Sequence record: SRR2962707_1178
Reading direction: 5' to 3' (one strand)
DNA: 64,000 bases
Shown: in pieces, positions 51,775 to 61,315 of the stretch
Layout: each line of letters begins with the position of its first letter
Numbering within the stretch: position 1 is the first letter of the stretch
Notes under the pieces: model-generated
Database searches by the model: none
The model's input: only the letters and a program-made list of their open reading frames with translations
What the model was told of the DNA's origin: nothing
Made by a program: the position numbers and the translations under genes

Positions 51775-52308
51775 ATGCCGCACCGCGCGGATCCAAGAGT
51801 GCAGCAGGAGCTAATGCACTCTCTTTATTCAGATCACCATAGTTGGCTGTTTACATGGATGCGCAAACGCTTAGAAAATCAATGTGATGCGGCAGATCTC
51901 ACACAAGACACTTTTGTTCGGATTCATACTCGCCAAGAATCGGACAAGATAGATTCACCGCGCGCCTATTTGCTCACGGTGGCAAAAGGCATCATCAGCC
52001 ACTTTTATCGCCGGCGCTCCATCGAACAGGCCTATCTTGAGCAACTCGCCTTATTACCTGAACAGGCAATGCCTTCCCAAGAGCACCAGCTGATTATTTT
52101 GCAAACCCTTGAGCAAATAGACGCCCTGCTTGATAACTTGCCAAAGAAAGTCAAAACCGCCTTTTTGCTGTCTCAAATTGAGGGTAAAAAGTACCAAGAA
52201 ATCGCCGATGAGATGGGCATTTCGCTGATCAGCGTAAAGCGTTATATGAAGCAAGCCTACCTGCAGTGCCTGATGCTTATGGAGGAAGATTTTTTTGCCG
52301 GAATCTAA
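51775..52308 (+). CDS. ECF sigma factor, FecI-like
   Basis: LY.DHHSWL..W.R.RL....DAADLTQDTFVR, PRAYL..VAK, RR.IEQAYL, AFLLSQ.EG..Y.EIA. Confidence 0.93.
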   Translation: MPHRADPRVQQELMHSLYSDHHSWLFTWMRKRLENQCDAADLTQDTFVRIHTRQESDKIDSPRAYLLTVAKGIISHFYRRRSIEQAYLEQLALLPEQAMPSQEHQLIILQTLEQIDALLDNLPKKVKTAFLLSQIEGKKYQEIADEMGISLISVKRYMKQAYLQCLMLMEEDFFAGI

Positions 52309-53266
52309 CCAGAAAATTCCCTTACGAGCCTTAGAGGAAGCCGCAGAATGGCTGCTCAAACTCCAAGACGCGCCCTTGTCCAACCTCGAACAGCAAACAT
52401 TGTTAGATTGGCAGCAAGCCAACACTGACAACCAAGCCGCATGGGAAAAAGCACAGCGCTTGATGCATGGCATGGCACAAATGCCAAAAGACATCGCAGG
52501 GCCAGTGCTCAATCGTGCAGACGACGAAGGCCGCCGCCTTGCTATTGGTAAACTTGCCCTACTGCTGGCCGCCGGCCCCACTATTTGGGGCGGCAGCAAA
52601 TTGGTCGAAAGCCAACAATGGAGTGCCGATTATCGCACCACAAAAGGTGGCTTTAGCTCGGTCACGCTGCCGGATGGCTCTACCGTAAAGCTGAATACAG
52701 CCACGGCATTTGATATTCAATTTAATCCAACGCATCGGCTTTTAACCCTGCGCGAAGGAGAAATTGAAATTGTCACGGCGCCAGTGAACAGCAAACAGTT
52801 CGGTCCTTTTCTGGTCAGCACTCAAGAAGGGGAGCTAATGCCGCTAGGGACACGTTTCACGGTTCGACAGCACCAAGAAATGACGCATCTAGTGGTTATA
52901 GAAGGCCGCGTCAAAGCCACACCAAAACAGGCTACACAACACCAAAATAACATCATAGAAGCAGGGCAAGAAGTCAGTTTTTCCCGCTATCAGCTTCACG
53001 CTCGCAAAACCTTAAGGCCAGAATCGACCGCCTGGCTACAACGCATGCTCGCCGTTCATAACATGCCATTGAGTACTTTTATTAACGAAGTGTCCCGCTA
53101 CCGACATGGCCTGTTACGAGTGTCGCCCAAGCTCGCTGAGCTGCCTATTTCTGGCTCGTTTCCCACCACAAATACAGACACGATTCTTACCATGCTCTCG
53201 CACACCTACCCACTGACAGTGTCGCGCCATCTTGGGGGCTACTGGGTAACATTAGAAGCCAGTTGA
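52295..53266 (+). CDS. FecR-like anti-sigma transmembrane sensor
   Basis: AAEWL..L, ADYRT..G...V.LPDGS.V.LNT.TA, LGTRFTVR, E.SRYR.G. Confidence 0.92.
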   Translation: MPESNQKIPLRALEEAAEWLLKLQDAPLSNLEQQTLLDWQQANTDNQAAWEKAQRLMHGMAQMPKDIAGPVLNRADDEGRRLAIGKLALLLAAGPTIWGGSKLVESQQWSADYRTTKGGFSSVTLPDGSTVKLNTATAFDIQFNPTHRLLTLREGEIEIVTAPVNSKQFGPFLVSTQEGELMPLGTRFTVRQHQEMTHLVVIEGRVKATPKQATQHQNNIIEAGQEVSFSRYQLHARKTLRPESTAWLQRMLAVHNMPLSTFINEVSRYRHGLLRVSPKLAELPISGSFPTTNTDTILTMLSHTYPLTVSRHLGGYWVTLEAS

Positions 53267-53291
53267 GGCGATGGCAGAGCAGCCAATAGAA

Positions 53292-53319
53292 ATTAATAGG
53301 AATAGTTTTCATTATCATT
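53292..53319. promoter_or_regulatory. Fur-like box upstream of the TonB-dependent receptor
   Basis: ATTAATAGGAATAGTTTTCATTATCATT. Confidence 0.5.
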
Positions 53320-53405
53320 GATACCTTTTTTATTTTCGAGTGGCTTAGTTAGTAACAGTCAATAAAACAACTAAACACACTCAATCGAAAAGAAAGGAGG
53401 TGGCT

Positions 53406-55832
53406 GTGGCTACCCGCAAAAATAACATGGTGAAAACGCCATTGCAGCAGGCAATAAAAGTGGCACTTTGCAGTACTGGCTTATTGCTTGGTAGCAGCAT
53501 CAGCCTGGTTGCCATTGCCGCTGACTCGGCGCAACACAGCGCACGTCAGTTGTTCACTGTGCCGGCTGGCGACTTAGGCAAGAACATCACCGAGGTCGCG
53601 GCGCAAAACCACATAGCCTTGTCTTTTAATCCTGCGTTAACTCAGGGGCTAAAAAACCCTGCTATTCACGGAGAGTTTACGCCTCTCGAATTGATTGATC
53701 GTCTGCTCAGTGGTTCGAACTTATTGATGGTCGCCAATAAAGATGGCACCTACAGCTTACTAGACCAACAAGATTACACCTTACCCGGTGTTGCTGTGTC
53801 GGCCGACAAGGTGGCGGAGAGCAAGTTAACAGCCTACTCAGGCGGTCAAATCGAAGCCGGTGGACGCTTAGGCACATTTGGTGAGCAAAACAGCGCCAAT
53901 GTGCCCTTCAGCGTGATTTCTTATACGGATAAGACCATCGAGAACCAACAAGCCGAAAGCATCGCCGAGGTGCTGGATAACGACGCCTCCGTTCAATCTG
54001 GCTATGGTTACGGAAACTATTCAGAAACCTTTATGGTGCGGGGGTTTGCGCTCGACAGTGACGCCATCTCTTACAACGGTTTATACGGTATTTTACCGCG
54101 CCAAGTGGTGTCGACTAACGCCATCGAAAGTGTACAGTTACTAAAAGGCTCCAGTGCGTTTCTCAATGGCGTCACTCCGGGTGGCTCAGGCATTGGCGGT
54201 GCGATTAACCTCCAACCCAAGCGTGCCGACGCCGATCTAAACAAGATCACCCTTGATACCACCGCAGAAGGCCAAACGGGCATTAACCTAGATGTGGCGC
54301 GACGCTTTGGTAGCGAAAAACAATGGGGAGTGCGCAGCAATGTACTGTATCGTGATGGTGACAGCGCCGTAGACAATGAATCCCGCGAAGAGACGGCCAT
54401 TAGTATTGGCGCCGATTACCGCTCAGACACCCTTAGAGTCTCAACGGACATTGGCTATCAGAACCTCAAAATAGACAGCGGTCGCTCCGTGGTTCACAAC
54501 TCATCTTATTTTGATGTTTCAGCACCAGACGCCGCAACAAACTACTCGCCATCGTGGGCGAACTCTCGCTTAAAAACCCTTTATGGTATGGTCAATGCCG
54601 ACTACGATTTGAATGATGATTGGACCCTTCATACTGGCCTAGGCCTGAATAAAAACAAGGAATATGGCGACTATTCGTCCCCTACTTTGAGCAATGCCGA
54701 TGGTGATGCCACTGTGACTCGCTTGTCGGTACCTTATGAGTCAAACACCTTCGCCTCGACACTGGGTCTAGTCGGTCATGTTAATACTGGCGATGTCACT
54801 CATCGGATTAACCTTGCCTATTCGGGCTTCGTGAATAAAAGCTATAGCGCGTATACCTATGGTAGCGCTTCAGATAATACGACAAATATCTATAACCCGA
54901 ACGACACCGACTACCCTACAGCCTCCTCCTTAGCCGATGGCAACATGGACAACCCTAATATCCGCAGCAAGACCAACGCTCGAGGTGTTTCCCTTGCGGA
55001 TACCCTAGGCTTCTTGGATGACACCCTGCTTATTACAGCGGGTCTGCGCCGCCAAAATATAACGGTGAACAATTACGACTACGACGGTATTGAGTCCAGC
55101 TATTACGACGACGCGGCCACGTCCCCTATTTACGGAATCGTCTATAAACCCATAGAGAATGTTTCCTTGTACGCAAACCATGTGGAAGCGTTGCAACAAG
55201 GAGATCAGGTTACCGACACCTCCGCCGCCAACTATGGCAGCGTATTAGCGCCTTACGTTTCTAAGCAAAATGAAATCGGTGTGAAGTACGAAAATGGCAC
55301 CCTAGGCGCAGAGCTGGCTCTCTTTGAAATCACCAAACCAGAAGCCTACACCTTAAATGGCGACTATGGTCTGCATGGCGAACAACGTAACCGCGGAGTG
55401 GAAGTCAGCCTGTATGGCGAACCTATGGCTGGAGTACGCTTGCATACCTCAGCGACGGTTCTGGACCCAGAGTTGCGCAATGCAGAAGACAGCGACAATA
55501 ATGGCAATGATGCCGCTGGCGTCGCCAAGTATCGTCTTGTTGTTGGAGGAGAGTACGACTTACCATTCTTCGCTGGCGCCACGCTTGGCGGCAAAGTCAT
55601 TCGCAGTGGTCCGCAGTATTTAGACGCAGCCAACACCACCGAGCTAGATTCATGGACACGCATCGATTTAAGCGCACGCTACCAAACCCAACTCTCAGAA
55701 CATGAAGTAACATGGCGCTTAAACGTCACCAACCTAATGAACAAAGGGTATTGGGAAAGCGCCAGTAGCTCAGGTTACTTAACCCAAGGCAGTCCGCGTG
55801 AAATCAAATTATCCGTGAGCAGTACATTCTAG
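53406..55832 (+). CDS. TonB-dependent siderophore receptor/transducer with N-terminal signalling (STN) domain
   Basis: Signal peptide, STN-like F.VPAG.L, plug PFSV..YT...IE.QQ, RGF, terminal Phe; GTG 5 nt after AGGAGG. Confidence 0.92.
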   Translation: MATRKNNMVKTPLQQAIKVALCSTGLLLGSSISLVAIAADSAQHSARQLFTVPAGDLGKNITEVAAQNHIALSFNPALTQGLKNPAIHGEFTPLELIDRLLSGSNLLMVANKDGTYSLLDQQDYTLPGVAVSADKVAESKLTAYSGGQIEAGGRLGTFGEQNSANVPFSVISYTDKTIENQQAESIAEVLDNDASVQSGYGYGNYSETFMVRGFALDSDAISYNGLYGILPRQVVSTNAIESVQLLKGSSAFLNGVTPGGSGIGGAINLQPKRADADLNKITLDTTAEGQTGINLDVARRFGSEKQWGVRSNVLYRDGDSAVDNESREETAISIGADYRSDTLRVSTDIGYQNLKIDSGRSVVHNSSYFDVSAPDAATNYSPSWANSRLKTLYGMVNADYDLNDDWTLHTGLGLNKNKEYGDYSSPTLSNADGDATVTRLSVPYESNTFASTLGLVGHVNTGDVTHRINLAYSGFVNKSYSAYTYGSASDNTTNIYNPNDTDYPTASSLADGNMDNPNIRSKTNARGVSLADTLGFLDDTLLITAGLRRQNITVNNYDYDGIESSYYDDAATSPIYGIVYKPIENVSLYANHVEALQQGDQVTDTSAANYGSVLAPYVSKQNEIGVKYENGTLGAELALFEITKPEAYTLNGDYGLHGEQRNRGVEVSLYGEPMAGVRLHTSATVLDPELRNAEDSDNNGNDAAGVAKYRLVVGGEYDLPFFAGATLGGKVIRSGPQYLDAANTTELDSWTRIDLSARYQTQLSEHEVTWRLNVTNLMNKGYWESASSSGYLTQGSPREIKLSVSSTF

Positions 55833-55891
55833 GGAGAAGCCGCTAGCCTTCCCTAATACTAGGGTCAAACCACAAAGCCAGTCGCCATTTG

Positions 55892-56467
55892 CTATTGGCT
55901 TTGTGCCACCGCTGAAGAGAGTAAAGTGAAGGCACTGTCTTGAGAAATGACCGTGGCGTACTCGCCGTCTAGATTCGCCAGCGACATCGCATGCACTTCA
56001 TCCGCCGAGCGCTCATAGCCATTAAAATCCGCTTTGGCAAAGGCGAAACACGCCTCCTGAACCACATAGGTGTTAAACCCTAAATTGCCCGCCGTACGCA
56101 CCGTCGATTCCACTGAATTATTGGTGCTCACGCCCACCACAACCAGATCCTTAATGCCTTTTTCTTGTAACCAAACGGCCAGATTTGAATGCGTAAATGC
56201 ATCAGGCACAGACTTATCAATGACCATTTCATGACTCAATGGCTGAAACACATCTTGGAATAAAGCACCATCTTGCTCTGGCCAGAACAGTGACTCAGGC
56301 TCCAGTGAAAGGTGTCGAACATGGACGATAGGCGCATGGTGTACTCGCCAATGGGCCAGCAACTCAGCAATGTCTTGTTCTGCATTAGGATTATTGCGTT
56401 GCCCAGCTTGCGGCCATGACATTCCCTTTTGCATATCAATAATAAGCAGGCACGGCATATTTTTCAT
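55892..56467 (-). CDS. Isochorismatase-like cysteine hydrolase family protein
   Basis: LLIIDMQ, K..PDAF, VVGVSTNNSVESTVR.A.NLG; Ser occupies the usual catalytic Cys position. Confidence 0.85.
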   Translation of the reverse strand: MKNMPCLLIIDMQKGMSWPQAGQRNNPNAEQDIAELLAHWRVHHAPIVHVRHLSLEPESLFWPEQDGALFQDVFQPLSHEMVIDKSVPDAFTHSNLAVWLQEKGIKDLVVVGVSTNNSVESTVRTAGNLGFNTYVVQEACFAFAKADFNGYERSADEVHAMSLANLDGEYATVISQDSAFTLLSSAVAQSQ

Positions 56468-56829
56468 GGTGCAATCTCCTTTTGTTTCACATCCAATAAT
56501 CGCGTTAATTGGCGCGCTTGGCGTCGCTGAAAAAACAGACTAACCAGCAAGGCAACAAACAGCAAAAAGACTAAGTTGGTTAAGAAGTCGATGCGATCTG
56601 TCGCCTGAGAGTTTTCTTTCACTGTGGCCGCTAGCTGCTCAATCTGTGTTTCAAGCGTCTGATAATCATCGCTTGAAGCAGTAGACACCTGCAAAATTGC
56701 CATACTGCGCTCTAACTCAATGACCTTCTTTTCGACGCTTTGTAACGCCTTATTAGAATGAGATTGCGTGGCCATGGCGGGCAAAATAAAACCGCCAAGT
56801 AAACACAACAATAGGATGCGAAATAACAT
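56464..56829 (-). CDS. Hypothetical protein: signal peptide, coiled coil, C-terminal TM helix
   Basis: Hydrophobic N-terminus ending AMA, heptad region, TM FLTNLVFLLFVALLVSLFF plus basic tail; ATGA overlap with the hydrolase gene. Confidence 0.7.
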   Translation of the reverse strand: MLFRILLLCLLGGFILPAMATQSHSNKALQSVEKKVIELERSMAILQVSTASSDDYQTLETQIEQLAATVKENSQATDRIDFLTNLVFLLFVALLVSLFFQRRQARQLTRLLDVKQKEIAP

Positions 56830-56925
56830 GAATAAGGCCTATGTCGATTTAACGAATATCAACATCATAACGGTATCCAAGGCTAGATGGCTATCATTAG
56901 AATGGGACCTTGTTTAACCTTTACT

Positions 56926-57822
56926 TTACTGAATGCGAGAAAACGCCTGTTTCAGAAAATCGACCACCAAGCGCAGTTTTTTTGAATTTGCCGTGCCGGG
57001 CGGGAAAACAGCAAACACATCAATATCAGAGCAGCGGTAATCGGCAAGAATGCGCTCTAATGAACCATATTCAAGGCGCGGCTTTGCGTCGTAACTGGGA
57101 ATCCGGCCGATACCATTCCCCCCTTCTAAAAACAGAGTGCGGGCGGCCGCATTATTGGTGCTAACGGCGCCAACCACCGAAATACTAAAAGAGCGCCCGC
57201 CTTGGCTAAGATGAACGGAATTGGCCGCTTGCCGATACACAACCCAATCATGGTCATACAATTCTTGCGGCTGAGTGGGTTTACCACGCAAGCGGAAGTA
57301 TTCTGGTGCGCCACACAAATAGGTCTCAAACGACGCCAGCTTACTGGCCTGCAAGCCGGAATCCGCCAATGGCGCCCCACGAATAGCCAGATCGACACCG
57401 TCTTTTATTATGTTCACCACCTCATCGCCTAATGACACATCCAGCTCAATAAGCGGATACAAACGACGAAACTCATTCAAAGCCGGCACCACAATCTGTA
57501 ACCCTAAATTCACCGGGCAGGTGATTTTTAACTTACCTATGGGCTCTTGCTTGGCTTTTTCTATCTGTAAATTGGCTTCGTGCGCTTGATGGGCAATCGT
57601 TCGACAACGCTGATAATACGCCTCTCCCGTTTCCGTTAACGATATTGAGCGAGTCGTGCGGTTGAGTAACACCACGCCCAATTGATCTTCTAGCTTTTTA
57701 AGGTGGTAGCTCACGACGCCACGAGAAATCCCCATCGCTTTTGCCGCGGCCGTTAGGCTGCCTTGCTCGATAACCTGAGAAAACACCACCATGCTTTTTA
57801 ACTGTTCAAAGGAAATATCCAT
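56926..57822 (-). CDS. LysR-family regulator (CrgA/DmlR-like)
   Basis: VF..V.E.GS.TAAA...G.S...VS..L..LE..LGV.LLNRTTRS.SLTE.G. Confidence 0.93.
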   Translation of the reverse strand: MDISFEQLKSMVVFSQVIEQGSLTAAAKAMGISRGVVSYHLKKLEDQLGVVLLNRTTRSISLTETGEAYYQRCRTIAHQAHEANLQIEKAKQEPIGKLKITCPVNLGLQIVVPALNEFRRLYPLIELDVSLGDEVVNIIKDGVDLAIRGAPLADSGLQASKLASFETYLCGAPEYFRLRGKPTQPQELYDHDWVVYRQAANSVHLSQGGRSFSISVVGAVSTNNAAARTLFLEGGNGIGRIPSYDAKPRLEYGSLERILADYRCSDIDVFAVFPPGTANSKKLRLVVDFLKQAFSRIQ

Positions 57823-58005
57823 CGTGTCTCACGCTTTGTAATCAATGCCTCTATTGTATCAATAATTAAATCAATGATGTCAATTTTGTCCCCATAGTCA
57901 AGATTTGAATCCACCTCTATACTAATCCCACGCTTATCGATACAGATGGCATTCGCGATTCATCGATAGCAAACCAAACAAACACTCGCTTATAAGGAGC
58001 CCGTG

Positions 58006-58695
58006 ATGAGCAGCAAGAAAATTTTAGTTGTCCTAACCTCTCATTCAGACTTAGGAAACACAGGCCATAAAACCGGTTTTTGGGTAGAAGAGTTCGCAGC
58101 ACCTTATTATGCTTTCATCGATGCTGGCGCAGAAGTCACTGTTGCGACACCAAAAGGTGGTCAAGCGCCCATCGACCCAAACAGTGAATTAAGCGATGCG
58201 CAAACCGCAGCCACAAAGCGCTTCTACGAAGACCAAACAGCACAAAACATCATTGCCAACACACAGCTATTAAGCGACATGAAGCAAGAAAATTTTGATG
58301 CCATTTTCTACCCAGGTGGCCACGGCCCATTGTGGGACTTAACGAACAATGAAACATCCATTGCCTTGATCGAAAGCTTCCTACACGCAGAGAAGCCTAT
58401 TTCTTCTGTCTGCCATGCCCCTAGTGCGTTTTTGAACATCAAAGACAGCAAAGGTGAATATTATGTCAAAGGGAAAACCGTCACTGCGTTCAAAAACAGT
58501 GAAGAAGACGCCGTACAACTGACCGATGTTGTTCCTTTTCTACTAGAAGACGAGCTGAAAAAACGCGGCGCGGAATACCAAAGTAGCGCGGACTGGAGTG
58601 CATTTGCGGTTCAAGACGGCTTAATGATTACCGGTCAGAACCCAGCAAGCTCTGAACTTGTTGCAGAAAAACTGCTCACTGCACTGAGCAAATAA
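58006..58695 (+). CDS. DJ-1/PfpI (type 1 glutamine amidotransferase-like) protein, Hsp31/glyoxalase III-like
   Basis: TGFWVEEFAAPY, FYPGGHGPLWDL, VCHAP, ITGQNPASS. Confidence 0.92.
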   Translation: MSSKKILVVLTSHSDLGNTGHKTGFWVEEFAAPYYAFIDAGAEVTVATPKGGQAPIDPNSELSDAQTAATKRFYEDQTAQNIIANTQLLSDMKQENFDAIFYPGGHGPLWDLTNNETSIALIESFLHAEKPISSVCHAPSAFLNIKDSKGEYYVKGKTVTAFKNSEEDAVQLTDVVPFLLEDELKKRGAEYQSSADWSAFAVQDGLMITGQNPASSELVAEKLLTALSK

Positions 58696-58726
58696 AACAC
58701 CTTAATTAGCCACCAAAAGTGGCTTC

Positions 58727-58760
58727 AAGCCTGCCTTATTTACCCATAAGGCAGGCTTTT
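58727..58760 (+). terminator. Terminator after the DJ-1/PfpI gene
   Basis: AAGCCTGCCTTAT-loop-ATAAGGCAGGCTTTT. Confidence 0.88.
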
Positions 58761-59026
58761 CTACGCCTAAAAACCAACCATTTTTTCGTTTAATTCCGCC
58801 TTGTTTAGCCTTCATTATCATAAATGATAAGGATCTGAGTGAAAAAGTACATCTGTTTGCAAATTCTATTATAAAAAGTATTTATATCTCGAATTCCGCA
58901 ATTTTCATTCAAAGAATTGGACCAATTATTGATTCAAAGCCTCTCCTATAGATTACGAAACCTAAGCTATCTATACTAAAAACAATTCGAAACCTGACAC
59001 ATTATTGACCCTTCTGGAGTTCTCAA

Positions 59027-59080
59027 ATGACTGTTATCCTAGTCGCAAGTGCCGCCTACTTTTGGCTGTACTCTGTTTAG
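59027..59080 (+). CDS. Putative 17-aa hydrophobic small protein MTVILVASAAYFWLYSV
   Basis: GGAG RBS 7 nt before the ATG, ~270-bp AT-rich upstream region, terminator ~20 nt downstream. Confidence 0.5.
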   Translation: MTVILVASAAYFWLYSV

Positions 59081-59100
59081 TTTTTTCCTTAAAAAACGAA

Positions 59101-59133
59101 AAAAAAGCCAGAACTCAATGAATTCTGGCTTTT
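59101..59133. terminator. Bidirectional terminator
   Basis: AAAAAAGCCAGAA-loop-TTCTGGCTTTT. Confidence 0.82.
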
Positions 59134-59181
59134 CTATAAACAATGCCCCGTCCTGAAATAAACGCGTACTAGCGGCTTCTA

Positions 59182-59478
59182 TTAAGCCGCGTAATCTAGC
59201 ATGACCACATCTTCTAAGATCGGCAGCAATTCGTCGTTCACCAATGTCTGGTGCGCAGAATGAGGGAGATAAGCGTCACGAGCCGCCTCATCTACAAATG
59301 TCATAAACACACAGTGTGTGTAATGTTTAGAACCGACAGGGCTGTTATTTACTCCCCACTCAACGGCTTCGATCCCTTCGATTTTGTCTTTTAATGCTGA
59401 AATATTATCAAGGCAGCCAGTGATGGCTTCAGCGCTTGCTTCTTCTTTAAATTGAATAAATAGAATATGGCGAATCAT
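59182..59478 (-). CDS. Dabb family (stress-responsive A/B barrel) protein
   Basis: MIRHILF..FK, WG.NNSP, YTH...MTF.DE.ARDAYLPH..H. Confidence 0.9.
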   Translation of the reverse strand: MIRHILFIQFKEEASAEAITGCLDNISALKDKIEGIEAVEWGVNNSPVGSKHYTHCVFMTFVDEAARDAYLPHSAHQTLVNDELLPILEDVVMLDYAA

Positions 59479-59634
59479 GTGGATTTCACTCCTAATAAAT
59501 ACATTATGGTTAATACTAATGCGCTCATACTAGCATGACGCTATTCACCAAATAGTTAAGAAATAAGGCCAATTCAGGCATTTTAGTACGCGTTGGGTTG
59601 ATGAAGTTGCGAACAATAAACAGACAAAAAAAGG

Positions 59635-60315
59635 TCACTTTGAGAGCAGAATATAAGGCGCAATAGCCTCAGCCCATACTCGATATTGAGCAGCATTAAT
59701 GTGTAGATAATCTCCCATTACCTCAGGGCTCACCCGCCCATTGTCATCTAAAAAACACTCATTGATATCAAGATAAACCACCTCTTCAGTGTCTGCATAA
59801 GCTTGCATCAAACGATTCACTTCATCGTTTAACACTCGCATTTTTTGCGTGGGCTTGGCGCTTCTAGGAAAAATGGCCAGCAATAGTATTTTTGTCTTCG
59901 GTAGCTTGACTCGTAATATCGCCAAAATCGCTTGAATGCCTAAGGCTGTCTCTTGGGGAGCATCTTGCCGATGGCCTGTGTTATTGGTCCCGATCAATAA
60001 CACCAAGCACTTAGGCTCAATACCCTCGACCGCACCATGGGCTAATCGCCATAATACATGCTCGGTGCGATCACCATTGAAACCAAGGTTTAATGCATTC
60101 AAAGAGCCGTAATATTCATCCCAAAATACCCGCCCTTCGGCTTCCCAGCCCTGAGTAATTGAGTCACCCAAAAACACCAGATCAACCCGTTCCATCGACG
60201 CTTTCTCGGCCAGTTTTTGTTGGTGGCGGGGCAGCCACCAATCAGCATCTTGCGGCGTTGCCAACAACGACAGTGGCGTCGGCTCTGGCATTTCATCCTT
60301 TCTCTCATGACTCAC
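59635..60315 (-). CDS. SGNH/GDSL hydrolase (PAF-acetylhydrolase IB-like)
   Basis: FLGDSIT.GW, G..GDRTEHVLWRL, IGTNN, D.LH; start re-set to the GTG after AGGAG. Confidence 0.88.
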   Translation of the reverse strand: MSHERKDEMPEPTPLSLLATPQDADWWLPRHQQKLAEKASMERVDLVFLGDSITQGWEAEGRVFWDEYYGSLNALNLGFNGDRTEHVLWRLAHGAVEGIEPKCLVLLIGTNNTGHRQDAPQETALGIQAILAILRVKLPKTKILLLAIFPRSAKPTQKMRVLNDEVNRLMQAYADTEEVVYLDINECFLDDNGRVSPEVMGDYLHINAAQYRVWAEAIAPYILLSK

Positions 60316-60454
60316 CTTGGCTCTCCTACTCTTTTGAGGGTTCGCAATAGACCATTTGCCCAAAGAGAACACACAGCCGTCATTATATAAAAATCAGTAA
60401 ACACGGTATCCTAACGACTCCATTCACAGACTGTAAACACCACCATGTCTTTAA

Positions 60455-60583
60455 GCCTTCCGCTTAAGTGACACCCGCACCGAATGGCGCATCGGCGCCT
60501 CTGAAAACTACCAATCCCAGCGCGCTTTTTACGAATATTTAGGGCTCGCGTGGCAGTGGCTGAAAGCGAAAAACGTCGAATGA
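60455..60583 (+). pseudogene. C-terminal remnant of an ElyC/YdcF (DUF218)-like gene
   Basis: Start-less frame ...WRIGASENYQSQRAFYEYLGLAWQWLKAKNVE* resembles the ElyC C-terminal YE.LG..WQWLK motif; in-frame TAA at 60452. Confidence 0.6.
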
Positions 60584-60603
60584 TCAATGGGCATCACGAA
60601 AAC

Positions 60604-60633
60604 AAAAAAGGCCGAGCAGATGCTCAGCCTTTT
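60604..60633. terminator. Bidirectional terminator after trpG
   Basis: AAAAAAGGCCGAGCA-GA-TGCTCAGCCTTTT. Confidence 0.8.
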
Positions 60634-60648
60634 CGTATTGTCTCTTAT

Positions 60649-61311
60649 TTATACTTGAAACAAGAAGTTCTTAATCAGGTCTTTGCCACCTTCTGTCGCA
60701 AAAGACTCTGGGTGAAACTGAATACCTTGAATCGGATACTCTTTATGGCGAACCCCCATTAGCTCAAAGTCGCCACCTTGGTTTATCGTCTTAATATTGC
60801 TGAAGTCCGCCTCTTGCAAATCCCCCACAGACGCCGTCACCTCTAACACATCAGGAAAGCTTTCTGCTTCGGCAATCAGTGAATGGTAGCGCATGACTTC
60901 TAACTGGTCTGGAATGTCATGGAAAATACCTTCGCCATTGTGAGTAAGGGGGCTGGTTTTACCGTGCATTGGCAATGGCGCTTTCACCACTTTGCCGCCA
61001 AACACATGGCAAATACCCTGCATACCAAGACAAACGCCCATTAATGGGATGGTTTTGCCAAATTCCACAATCACCTCAGCACAAATACCAAAGTAGGCCT
61101 TATCGTCTGGTGAACCTGGGCCAGGAGAAATAATGATGCGGTCTGGTGCGGCCTTGCGAATGTCATCCAAGGTCACTTCGTCATTACGCTTCACTATCAC
61201 TTCAAAGCTTGAAACTTCGCCCTTGCTTTGTTCCGTTTCCAACACTTCGCCAATAAACTGATACAGGTTGTAGGTGAAAGAGTCGTAATTATCGATAATG
61301 TATACTTTCAT
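60649..61311 (-). CDS. trpG: Anthranilate synthase component II (glutamine amidotransferase)
   Basis: IDNYDSFTYNL, ISPGPG, GVCLGMQ, HGK.S, RYHSL, QFHPES; start re-set to MKVYII. Confidence 0.9.
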   Translation of the reverse strand: MKVYIIDNYDSFTYNLYQFIGEVLETEQSKGEVSSFEVIVKRNDEVTLDDIRKAAPDRIIISPGPGSPDDKAYFGICAEVIVEFGKTIPLMGVCLGMQGICHVFGGKVVKAPLPMHGKTSPLTHNGEGIFHDIPDQLEVMRYHSLIAEAESFPDVLEVTASVGDLQEADFSNIKTINQGGDFELMGVRHKEYPIQGIQFHPESFATEGGKDLIKNFLFQV

Positions 61312-61315
61312 GTGT

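Noticed and set aside
52054..52599. 181-aa minus-strand ORF
   Set aside because: Antisense to the well-supported fecI/fecR genes
60550..60762. 70-aa plus-strand ORF
   Set aside because: Crosses a terminator and overlaps trpG antisense; a different frame (the elyC-like remnant) explains the region better
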